A DNA stretch of 63,812 nucleotides, filler included, from Ferroacidibacillus organovorans (GTDB taxonomy: Bacteria > Bacillota > Bacilli > Alicyclobacillales > SLC66): the NCBI RefSeq assembly GCF_001642725.1. It is 4 parts of 4 records of this genome, joined end to end, with 100 filler letters (N's around TTAATTAATTAA, not from the genome) between each part and the next. Parts side by side here need not be neighbours in the genome. Positions count along the whole stretch, not along the records: positions 19,126 to 38,117 come from NZ_LSUQ01000049.1; positions 38,218 to 57,168 come from NZ_LSUQ01000050.1; 2 more parts are not named here. One strand, written 5' to 3'. Each line of letters starts with the position of its first letter. Position 1 is the stretch's first letter. Shown in pieces: positions 32,312-41,747 of this stretch. The position numbers were made by a program, and so were the translations under genes. Below the pieces are notes generated by a model. That model searched no databases, was not told where the DNA came from, and saw nothing but the letters and a program-made list of their open reading frames with translations.

Positions 32312-33003
32312 CTTCGCACGCCTGAAAGTTCGTCACGCATTGGCGGTTGTGCGACGAGGTGGCAAATCGGCTGACCGAGCGCGCGGAATTTTTGTTCGTA
32401 TTCGGTCTGCACGTAGCGACCTTCGCAAAGTTCAAACTCATCCTTTGCGACAGAGAGGTCGCGGGTTTCTTCAAGGAGCGTCCAACCACTTGCTACGAGC
32501 GTCTGCACGCTGTAGTCAAAGAGTGAAAGGTTATCCGTTTTAAATTCGAGGTGACCATCCTGTTTTAGAAATGAGCGGTATCGTTCCAGAAACCGCGGGT
32601 GCGTCAATCGCTTTCGGTCATTGCGTCTGCGCGGCCAAGGATCAGAGAAATTGAGATACAGACGGTCAAATTTAATCTGTGCGAGAAATTCAGGCAGACG
32701 TTCTGCGTGGATGCACACCAATTTTGCATTAGGGCATGCAAACTCGCGCAAGAGCGTCGCCGCACGCGCCACGATCGGGATATAGAGATCGACGCCAAGG
32801 AAGAGTTGATCACTGTTTCGCTGCGCCATGGTCGCGAGAAACGTCCCGCGCCCTGAACCGATTTCCAAGTTTTTAACCGCATGGGTTGCCTGACCTAACG
32901 CAGGCCACTGATATAGCGCCGGGTGATTTGCATCGAGCAGATAGGCGGACGCTTCTTGAAGCAATCCTGGAACTTTTTCTTTACCGCGAATGCGCACTGC
33001 CAT
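32284..33003 (-). CDS. trmB: tRNA (guanine-N7)-methyltransferase
   Basis: LEIGSGRG, LNFSDPWP, RLTHP, FKTD, TEYE. Confidence 0.93.
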   Translation of the reverse strand: MAVRIRGKEKVPGLLQEASAYLLDANHPALYQWPALGQATHAVKNLEIGSGRGTFLATMAQRNSDQLFLGVDLYIPIVARAATLLREFACPNAKLVCIHAERLPEFLAQIKFDRLYLNFSDPWPRRRNDRKRLTHPRFLERYRSFLKQDGHLEFKTDNLSLFDYSVQTLVASGWTLLEETRDLSVAKDEFELCEGRYVQTEYEQKFRALGQPICHLVAQPPMRDELSGVRSHTPRHSGI

Positions 33004-33064
33004 TTCTCCTTACTCTATCAATGAGGTCGAATCTTCATGTGTTCTGCGCGATCCATCATTCGTG

Positions 33065-34687
33065 TTAACTAATTTCCTCGCTTTGATTTGGTACAGAATG
33101 AAGCTCTGGTTTTGGGTATGGAAATAATTCGGAGATTCGGACGGCTCGACCATGATCATTCTTATAGACAACATGTTCACGCGTAAACTCTCGTGGACTT
33201 TTTAATCCACACGCGGCTGCAAGTGCAAAGACACCCTCTCGCACCTGCAAAATATAATTCATGACTCTCCACTGTTTTTCACTTGGTACGAGAGCGGCTT
33301 GATACTTAGGGTCTGTTGTGGTGACGCCTGTAGGACATTTGCCTGTATGGCACTGCATGGCCATGATGCATCCATTGGCCATCATAAAGCCACGCGCAGA
33401 GTTAACGCAATCAGCTCCTAAAGCTAATGCGATGGCAACTTTGTCAGGGCTGATTAATTTTCCTGACGCAAAAATTTTTATCCGATCTCGAATGCCAAAA
33501 CTTCGCGCTGCATCATCGACCATGATGAGGGCTGAGAACAAGGGGAGTCCTACGCTGTCCGCCATGGATTTAAAGGTCGCCCCCGAGCCACCTTCACTCC
33601 CATCTACCGTTAAGAAATCAGGATAGATATCCAGTTGAAGCATGGTTTGAAAAAAATGCTCCAGTTGTAATGCGTCACCTACGACGAGTTTAATGCCGAC
33701 TGGTTTTCCTCCTATTTCTTGCAATTGACGGATGAAGAGCAACGCATCTTTTTCGTCTTTGAGAAATGGGAAGCGATTGGGGGAATTGATCGTTTTCCCT
33801 ACGGGAACCTTTCGGATCATGGCAATCTTTTCTGTCACTTTTGCTCCTTCTAAATGACCTCCACGAATTTTAGCGCCCTGATGAAATTTCAATTCAAATG
33901 CTTTTATATGCTCTTCTTCAGCCTTTTTCTGGAACTCATCAAATGAAAAATTTCCGTTGTTATCCCGAAATCCGAATAGACCGGGACCAATTTGCGCGAC
34001 CACATCAACATGACTCATAAGATGCTCAGGTGCGACACCGCCCTCACCTGTATTGATCCACGAACCGCCCGCCATAAAAGCTCCGGTACCTGTTGACAGA
34101 ATGTAGTTTTCTCCAACTGAACCATAAGAAGTTGCCGAAGCGCCAAACATTCCTCTTAGCACCCATGGATGTTTTAGATGTTCTCCAATCACAATGGAAT
34201 CTTGAACCTGAAGAAGCCATTTTTTAACCTGTTCATGATTTACTTTCTCATGTCGTGTGAAGAGACCCTCACGGACAATTTGGTATCTGTGTCCTTCCAC
34301 ACTCTCGGTGTTATCAACACGCAGCTCATTTGTTAAGGTCGGAAAAAGGTGATTTGATAAATAAAATCCCGAGAGATCATAATCTCGTTTTCCGCCAAAA
34401 CTAATTAAATCTGTACGATATTTACTGGAGAATACAACAGATAGAAATTCATTTCTAGAAAATGGTTTACTGTCACTGTCTCCGTCAAACCAATACTGTC
34501 GGAACTCTGGACCGAGTTTTTCAAGGATATAGCGCAACCATCCTAAATACGGATGCGCCCGAACGACAGAGTGCTGGGGTTTTTTTGATAAGATAAAAAG
34601 GTAGATAAGTCCGCTGAGTGGTATGCCTAAGAAAATGACAATAAGGAGTACGAGTAAAATCAATGTGAGGATACCCAAGATGATCAC
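33065..34687 (-). CDS. FMN-binding glutamate synthase family protein (YerD-like) with N-terminal TM
   Basis: NTGEGG, ELKFHQGAK, VDGSEGGSGA, CIMAMQCHTGKCPTG 3Fe-4S motif; start uncertain (34687 or 34747). Confidence 0.88.
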   Translation of the reverse strand: MIILGILTLILLVLLIVIFLGIPLSGLIYLFILSKKPQHSVVRAHPYLGWLRYILEKLGPEFRQYWFDGDSDSKPFSRNEFLSVVFSSKYRTDLISFGGKRDYDLSGFYLSNHLFPTLTNELRVDNTESVEGHRYQIVREGLFTRHEKVNHEQVKKWLLQVQDSIVIGEHLKHPWVLRGMFGASATSYGSVGENYILSTGTGAFMAGGSWINTGEGGVAPEHLMSHVDVVAQIGPGLFGFRDNNGNFSFDEFQKKAEEEHIKAFELKFHQGAKIRGGHLEGAKVTEKIAMIRKVPVGKTINSPNRFPFLKDEKDALLFIRQLQEIGGKPVGIKLVVGDALQLEHFFQTMLQLDIYPDFLTVDGSEGGSGATFKSMADSVGLPLFSALIMVDDAARSFGIRDRIKIFASGKLISPDKVAIALALGADCVNSARGFMMANGCIMAMQCHTGKCPTGVTTTDPKYQAALVPSEKQWRVMNYILQVREGVFALAAACGLKSPREFTREHVVYKNDHGRAVRISELFPYPKPELHSVPNQSEEIS

Positions 34688-34974
34688 GACCTCTTTCGAA
34701 AATTTAAATGGCTCCTGCGAATAATGGAAACGATTCGCAGGAGCCACTATCCCTATAAAGGCGGTTTCAGTATGCTTGATTACCTATTCTTGTCACATAA
34801 ATCATAAAACAGCACACGAAGAATTACAAGCAGGTTTCGGTGATAGGAGTACGTAGCCTGTGCCCATTTTGGGGAAGTTTATTTTTACGTTACGTGGGCA
34901 CTCTTTATTTAGACCTGATACGTGTTTGTAAGGTTCATTTGGCTTGTAATAGACCGTGATTTGTACTGGCGGGA

Positions 34975-35691
34975 GTGATGCGTGTGATTGTTTTGCATCT
35001 TTTGATTCGCACACTGTTTACGTATTTTATGGTGCTCCTCTCATTGCGTTTGATGGGGAAACGTGAAATCGGGAAATTATCCATCTTTGATCTTGTGGTT
35101 TCTATCATTATCGCCGAGGTCTCCGCCATGGCATTGCAGGATTTGCGGGTGCCGATTTGGCACGGTGCACTCATCATTTTCTTTCTTGTGGCATTTCAGA
35201 TTGGCATGTCCTTTCTATCGATGCGGAATCGAAAAATTCATGATCTGATTGAAGGACGTCCAACTGTTCTTGTGGCAAACGGTGAGATTAATGACAGGGA
35301 AATGCGGCGCACGCGCTACAACATGAATGATCTTCTGATGCAACTGCGTGAGAAAAACATCGCGAATGTTGCAGATGTGGAGTTCGCCATTCTTGAGACG
35401 TCAGGCAAGTTATCCGTGTTTGAAAAGGCAGAGAAGATGCCTGCCACAGCGCAAGATTTGAGACTGCGCGTGGCAAAAACAGAGATGCCCATCTCCTTGA
35501 TTGTCGATGGTCATCTCGATCATAGCAAGCTAGCGCAGATTGGTAAGTCAAAGCAGTGGCTTATCAAAGAGCTCAAGGCACACGGCATACAGAAACAAGA
35601 GAACGTTTTTTATGCCGCGTGGGATGGCGCAAAGCTTCATGTGGATTGTATGGATGATCCGCAAAAACCACGCGATGAAACGCTCCTGTAG
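34975..35691 (+). CDS. DUF421/YetF-family membrane protein (YrbG-like)
   Basis: RLMGKREIGKLS.FD, LREK, AILETSGKLSV. Confidence 0.9.
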   Translation: MMRVIVLHLLIRTLFTYFMVLLSLRLMGKREIGKLSIFDLVVSIIIAEVSAMALQDLRVPIWHGALIIFFLVAFQIGMSFLSMRNRKIHDLIEGRPTVLVANGEINDREMRRTRYNMNDLLMQLREKNIANVADVEFAILETSGKLSVFEKAEKMPATAQDLRLRVAKTEMPISLIVDGHLDHSKLAQIGKSKQWLIKELKAHGIQKQENVFYAAWDGAKLHVDCMDDPQKPRDETLL

Positions 35692-35704
35692 TGGTGAGGC
35701 GCAT

Positions 35705-37312
35705 TTATCGCGAAAACGGAATCAGGCGCGCTACGCGCGAGAGCGGGCGCCCGACGCCGGGCAGGCGCGCGAGTGTGTTTGCGGTGATCGTTCGCGTAAG
35801 GAGCAAGAGGATAAGGTAGATGAAAAAACCTGTGAATAGCAAAGCGCTCAGGGCAATGGAGCGTGACATCACGGTTTGGTAGATGGGCCAGAGCATGTGC
35901 ATGCTGACGCCCATGAGAACGGTGCACAGCAGGGTCTTTGCTGTATCGCGCGGGTCGACGTAAAACCCGATGGCGCGGTGTACGGAAATCATGTGCAGGA
36001 TGGTCGTGAGGGAGACGGCGATGGTGAGTGACCAGGCGACGGCGTTTATGTTGACGGACGGATTTGAGGCAAACATATAAATGATCAGGAGTTTGAAGCC
36101 AGAACCGATCAGTGAGTTGCGCATGGCGGTGGAAGCGCGATTGATGCCTTGCAAGATTCCGGAGAGCGGTCCTTGCAGATAGAGGAGAAAGCCACTTGGC
36201 GCCATGATGGCCAGGATGTGGCCAACTTGGGGTTGTGCATAGATGACGGTGCATAGGGGTGTTGCATACTGAAGCAGCATGAGCGATGTTGGGAAACCGA
36301 TGAGTGCGGTGACGCGAAAGGACTGGGTCAGGCGGCGCGCGACGGTGCCACGCCGGCCGGATGCCACTGCTTCGGAGATGGATGGGACGAGTTGCACGGC
36401 GAGTGAATAGGTGAAAACGGTGGGAAAGACGAGAAGCGGAATGGCCATGCCGCTGTACGCGCCGTAAAGCTTGGTGGAAGCGGTGGCGGTGAGACCTGCC
36501 GTCAGCAACGCGCGCATGACGAGAATGGGTTCGAGCGCAAACGCAATTGAGCCGATTAAGCGACTGAAGGTCACGGGCAAAGCGATCTGCAGCAGGGCGC
36601 GCATCGTTTGCGCTGGCCGTTCGCCAGACGTATTGGCTAGTGGTTTGGCGGTCGGTGTTGGTAAGTCTAATTTTTTGACGGACGCGTAGCGACGGTATGC
36701 GTAATACATGTAGAGACATCCCGCGAGTTCGCCGAGAATCATTCCGGCGGAAACGCCTGCGGCAGCGTATTCGATTCCTTTTTTGAGCGAGAGTGCGGCG
36801 ATGATCCAGACACCGATGATGCGGATCAACGTCTCAATGATTGATGCGACGGATGGGACACTCATCTGTTGCAAGCCTTGGAAATAGCCGCGCAATACGG
36901 AGGAGATCGCGATGATGCCGATGACCGGTGTCAGTGTGATCAAAGGATAGTACGCGCGTTTGTCTGTATACATATGGAGGCTGATTGTCTTCCCGTAGCG
37001 CAGCATCACCCAGGTGAACATGACAGCCATGATCGATGTGATGAAAAAGGAGTAGCGCATGACGCGCCTGATGCGCGTGCGATCTCCTGTGACGAGCGAT
37101 TCGGCGACGAGTTTTGAGATGGCGATGCCCATGCCTGCGGTGACGATGGTGAGTACAAGAGTGAGGATGGGGAACACCATCTGAAAGAGACCGATCCCCT
37201 CAGGTCCAATCAGTCTTGTAAGCGCGATGCGATAGACAAACCCGAGCAGTCGCGTGATGAGGCTCGCGGCGATGAGGATGGATGTTCCGGCGATAAAGGA
37301 TTGGCGCTTCAC
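35705..37312 (-). CDS. spoVB: Stage V sporulation protein B (MOP flippase)
   Basis: KRQSFIAGT, RLLGFVYRI, LRGYFQG, LVPSISE; GTG 37312 after AAGGAGG. Confidence 0.92.
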   Translation of the reverse strand: MKRQSFIAGTSILIAASLITRLLGFVYRIALTRLIGPEGIGLFQMVFPILTLVLTIVTAGMGIAISKLVAESLVTGDRTRIRRVMRYSFFITSIMAVMFTWVMLRYGKTISLHMYTDKRAYYPLITLTPVIGIIAISSVLRGYFQGLQQMSVPSVASIIETLIRIIGVWIIAALSLKKGIEYAAAGVSAGMILGELAGCLYMYYAYRRYASVKKLDLPTPTAKPLANTSGERPAQTMRALLQIALPVTFSRLIGSIAFALEPILVMRALLTAGLTATASTKLYGAYSGMAIPLLVFPTVFTYSLAVQLVPSISEAVASGRRGTVARRLTQSFRVTALIGFPTSLMLLQYATPLCTVIYAQPQVGHILAIMAPSGFLLYLQGPLSGILQGINRASTAMRNSLIGSGFKLLIIYMFASNPSVNINAVAWSLTIAVSLTTILHMISVHRAIGFYVDPRDTAKTLLCTVLMGVSMHMLWPIYQTVMSRSIALSALLFTGFFIYLILLLLTRTITANTLARLPGVGRPLSRVARLIPFSR

Positions 37313-37399
37313 AAGCAACCTCCTTGAAGCGAGATCGATGGGTGGAGAATGGGCTGAGACAAAGAGAAGCACGGATCGCCGTGGAGTGGCTGTCCATTG

Positions 37400-37428
37400 A
37401 GCGTATGCGCCTAAGCTTAGGGTTAGTC
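37400..37428 (-). promoter_or_regulatory. SigmaE-type promoter for spoVB
   Basis: Minus strand GACTAAC-14-CATACGCT. Confidence 0.6.
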
Positions 37429-37789
37429 CAGGGGTTGCTTTTGCGAGGTCTATGATTGACGAGCAGGTGGAGGTTTGTGGTTCCTCTTTTATGCAAAAAC
37501 ACACTTCCCATATCAAAAATCGTTCGCTATAATGTGCACTCATTCAACGGATCATGGGCATACCAGACAACAGCACTGCATTCGGGTATCATTCCCTTAT
37601 CGTGGTCGTATCAAGGATTGCACAGTGGGCATAGTGTCAATCGTTTTTATCTTGAAGTGCCATCTTAGCCATCATTTTGTGACTAAGATGGCATGTTGCA
37701 TGTCATGGTGAATAAAGAGGTTGCGTCACAGCGTGTCTAGTGAGAAAATATACCTGAAGAGGACGAGCGGTGTTACAGGAGGTTGGCGA

Positions 37790-38117
37790 GTGGCCAACGA
37801 GGATCAAAAGCGTGGCGTGTTAAAAATTTTTGGGCGTGAAATGGATCAGGCTCAGCATTTGCATGAGGAAATACCGGAATACGAAGCGTCGCTAGAGCAT
37901 GTGGATCAGGTTGATCGCTTGGATGGGTTGAAGCAGGACGATCCACGGATGAACGTACATAAATCTGCGCGTGAAGAGGAATTGACGAAGGGGAAACGCC
38001 TGATTTTTACGCGTGTGTCAAACCAGCGTGAGGTAGAAGCGGTAGAAGCGGTAGAAGCGGTAGAAGCGGTAGAAGCGGTAGAAGCGGTAGAAGCGGTAGA
38101 AGCGGTAGAAGCGGTAG
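37790..38117 (+). CDS. Hypothetical protein N-terminus running into (VEA)n repeats; truncated
   Basis: AGGAGG RBS then GTG 37790; frame open to the gap. Confidence 0.6.
38033..38117 (+). repeat. Perfect 9-bp tandem repeat (GTAGAAGCG)n, at least 9 copies
   Basis: Read directly; the contig ends inside the array. Confidence 0.95.
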
Positions 38118-38217
38118 NNNNNNNNNNNNNNNNNNNNNNNNNNNNNNNNNNNNNNNNNNNNTTAATTAATTAANNNNNNNNNNNNNNNNNNNNNNNNNNN
38201 NNNNNNNNNNNNNNNNN
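38118..38217. other. Artificial contig linker/gap
   Basis: N44-TTAATTAATTAA-N44. Confidence 0.97.
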
Positions 38218-40789
38218 GTTGGCGGCGATTAAGACGCGTCGCCGCGCTCGCTGTTTCAGCGAACGGAAACTGTCGCTCCATTTGTGCAGCAATGATCTCT
38301 TCCATCTTCGCGTGCGCCTGTTCAAACGCCGGAAATGGATCTTGCGCTTGTTGCCATGTCGTATACAGATGAAGAACTTCGTGCAAAAACTGCCCTTTCA
38401 AAAGCGCGTCGACATCCACCGTCTTGCGCGGTTGCAACTTCAAGCCGTCACTGCCAAAATGCGCAAACGCGCAAGCAGCGTGACGTTCGAGCCGCGACAC
38501 GCTCACGTAGAGCGACGTGCCATAAAGCCTGTTCGCAAGATCGCGCGCGAGCTGCTCGCTCTTTGCGGTGCGCGGATGGGTGAGATCGAGCATGAGACCG
38601 GCATAGCCCATCTGCTGAAGCTCCGCCTCGAATGTTTCCCCAAACGTGCGCTGGCTTGAATTTTGCATCCACAAAAGCGCCTGGCGCGCCATCGCCGCGG
38701 GAGAGCGAAAGCGGGTAGTTTCTGCAAGCCATTCAGCATTTTCAAGCACCCCGAGATCCCGTTCGATCAAATCAGCGCACAAAGCCTGTTTGAGCTCGCG
38801 AAGATACTCGCCTGGCGACCGCTTGCGTCCACGCTCATCACTCTGCGCGTACGAAAAAGCGACGCTGTCTGTTGCGCGCGTGTCGAGCGCATAAAAGCGA
38901 TCTCGCTCAAACGATTGTCGCTTGAGCGCGGATGGGCCGATAAAGATACCAAAGGTGCGCAACCACTCGCGCTCGAGATCGCTCAACACGTCATCTTCGC
39001 GATGGATCGGCGGAAAGTTTGCATCGTCGCAGCCAAGCACACACACGTGTTTCGCCTCATTGCCGCGCAGACGACTCGGGTCTGTGATGATAAGCGTATC
39101 TGCTTGCGGCGGCACGTTGCCTGCGTGCACCGTCGCGAGCGCCGCCCGAATGAGGGTTTCCCACTCGGACAGAGGTTTCACGCTGTCGCCAAACGCGTAC
39201 GTAAGGTCTTCAAAAAGTTGCGCAATTTCTGTCGCCGCTTGTTCGTGGAACTGCGCGTCAAGCCGCTTCCCCGCCGCGCGATCATGCTCCACGCGCTTTG
39301 CGAGGAGATCGAATACGCGCATTTCAACCAAAAACTGATCCATTCGTTCAACCAAGGTTTGTGCATCTACGCCTCCGCGCGAGACGCTCGACACGAAAGA
39401 ATCAAGACTGCGCTTAAAGTCGTAAAGCGATCGCGGCGCGCGCGCCGAAACGCGCTCTTTCGCAAGCCACTCGCGAACGGTGACGCCCGTTTCAATCCAG
39501 TCATTCTCAAACGCGTCAACTGCGGCGCGCGTAAATGGCAACAAATCTGTTTTTAAAAGCCCTACCAATGCGCGGCTGGCCAAAGAATCCTCTTGAAGGG
39601 ACAAAAGTGAGAGGATCGCGCGCGCGAGTGGGTGATGCAGCAAGGGGCGGCGCCGATCTAGGAAAAAGGGAATCTTCGCCTCTTCTAAGTGTGTCGACAA
39701 AAGCGACGCATAGTCGCGCGGATTGGTCGTAATCAACATCAAGTCTGACCACGCCAGATCTTCTGATTCACGCAAAAAGAGCAGGCGTGATATCACATCT
39801 TCCACCTCGGCGCGTCGATGGGGCGCGTGAGTCACCATGAGGGATGTGCTTGCGCGATCGCTTTTCGCAGATGGGAGCAACCGCTCATACTCTCCGAAGG
39901 CGACAGCTTCGAGATTTTTTAAAACAGGTGATTTTAAAAAGCGCGGTGGGTTTATCACGGGCAGATCCAAATCTGTGACGCGCGCGCCTCTCTCGGAGAA
40001 ACGGGACAGCAAGCGAAACAACTGTCCGCCCGTTTCTGCAGCTTGTGCCAGTGAAGCGTGCGTGCGCGACTCGATGCGCGGCGTCAAATAGGATGCGGGT
40101 CCGGAATACGTCATGGTCAGTTGGGTTGAGTTTTCAAACAATTGTTCGAGAATTGCAAACTCCTGTGGCGTATAACCGAGGAATCCGTCTAAAAAAACTG
40201 CTCCGACAAGCAACCGCCGACGCTTGATCCCTTCTGCCAACAGTGGCAGAAGGTCGTGACGGTCGGTCATCTTGTCAGCGATCAAATGACGATACGCGTC
40301 AAGAATTTGCAGTGCATCCGTCAACTTGCCACGCAGTTCAGCCTGCTCTGCATGGCCAATGCGTCTCACGCAGTCTTCATCGACGAGGCTTGTCTGGCAC
40401 TCTTCGATCAATTTGCCGATGCGCGCGAGAAACTGCGGCGTCGGGTTAGATCGGCGCAGGCGCGTCAGCGACGGATACGCAACCTCATAGGCGGCTGCGA
40501 TCAGGGCGTGGCGCCCCGGTCCGCGCACAAGCGGTACATTTGCCTTGCCGAGCAGCTGTTTTGCCCGATAGGCAAGCCTTGTGAACGTCTCAACGGAAAC
40601 GCGTGTCACCGCACCGCCCTCACTCATCTGCAGAAGGCGCTTTTCCGCAGTAAACGCATACTGATCGGGGACGATCAGAATAAGCGGCTCCCCCAGCGGA
40701 TCGCTTTTGCAAAGAGCAGCAATGCGAGACAACAGTTCACGCGTCTTGCCAACGCCTGCGCGACCCGCCACCACCTCAATCAAACGCAT
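38218..40789 (-). CDS. addB: ATP-dependent helicase/nuclease subunit B (3' truncated)
   Basis: GRAGVGKT, IVPDQYAF..E, DGF..YTPQE, SVSRLERHAACAF. Confidence 0.88.
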
Positions 40790-41579
40790 TCGCCGCCTTT
40801 TTTCTTCTGGCGTTTGGCACGCCGTCTTCCCATGTGAGGTGAATCGGGAGTGAAAACGTTTCCGAGAGGTTCTCCTCGGTCAGAGCTATATATTTTCCAC
40901 CTGCCGCGACCATACGTCCCTCTTTTAAGAGCAAAACGTTCGTGAGCGATGGAAAAAGTTCGTTCGGATAGTGGGTCACATAGAGAACCTGCGGCGCGCC
41001 TGCGGCGGTCGCGATACCTTCGATCATTTCAAGGAGTGATTCGCGCGATGGAAAGTCAAGCCCCGTGCACGGTTCATCAAGCACCAGAAGCTCCGGTCTC
41101 GCGTGAAGCGCGCGCGCAATCATCACCTTTTGTCGCTCACCTTGCGAGAGCGTGCGATAAAGGTGTCCGGCAAGATGTGTCATCGCGAGCCCTTCGAGCA
41201 GCGTGCTGGCGCGCTCACAATCTTCTGCAGAGAGCGGTAAATAGCTACCCGCCGCAGCCGTCCTTCCCGTTGCCACGATTGTTTCTGCCGTGTCACTGGC
41301 AAGAAACCGCTCGGTCATCGCCATAGAGACGAAACCGATTTGTTTTCGCAGTTCGCGAACATCATAGCTTCCGAGCGTATGCCCAAGCACCCGCACCGTT
41401 CCTCTCGTCGGCCAAAGATAGCCGAGAATCATCTGGAGCAGCGTCGTTTTTCCTGATCCATTCGCGCCGAGAATCGCCCAGTGTTCGTGTTTCTCAAACG
41501 TTAAGGAAGGGAGGTTCAAGATGACGCGGCCATCTCGTTTTACAAGAATATCATGCAGTTCAATCGATGGATTCGCCAC
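40776..41579 (-). CDS. ABC ATP-binding protein (YlmA/ModF-like)
   Basis: HWAILGANGSGKT, LSQGE, LDEPCTGLD, VTHYPNE. Confidence 0.85.
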   Translation of the reverse strand: MANPSIELHDILVKRDGRVILNLPSLTFEKHEHWAILGANGSGKTTLLQMILGYLWPTRGTVRVLGHTLGSYDVRELRKQIGFVSMAMTERFLASDTAETIVATGRTAAAGSYLPLSAEDCERASTLLEGLAMTHLAGHLYRTLSQGERQKVMIARALHARPELLVLDEPCTGLDFPSRESLLEMIEGIATAAGAPQVLYVTHYPNELFPSLTNVLLLKEGRMVAAGGKYIALTEENLSETFSLPIHLTWEDGVPNARRKKAANAFD

Positions 41580-41747
41580 CGCAGAAACCTCCTAGGGCAG
41601 TCTTCGTATACCCTAATTGTAACGCGTTCCCGGCGCCTCTGCACGCAAACTTCGTAGATTGGATGCGCTTGATAGCAGGAAGGGATCGAGAATGGTACAC
41701 TTGCAATGGATAATGCGCTGGAAAAATTTACGGGGAGTTGCTCCTTC

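Noticed and set aside
35637..36719. 360-aa alternative-frame ORF overlapping spoVB (and similar long ORFs such as 38663..39556 and 43757..45766)
   Set aside because: Arg/His-rich, motif-free products typical of off-frame or antisense shadows of GC3-rich genes
38033..38117. Possible CRISPR array
   Set aside because: Contiguous 9-bp units without spacers, in frame in an ORF; no cas genes in the window
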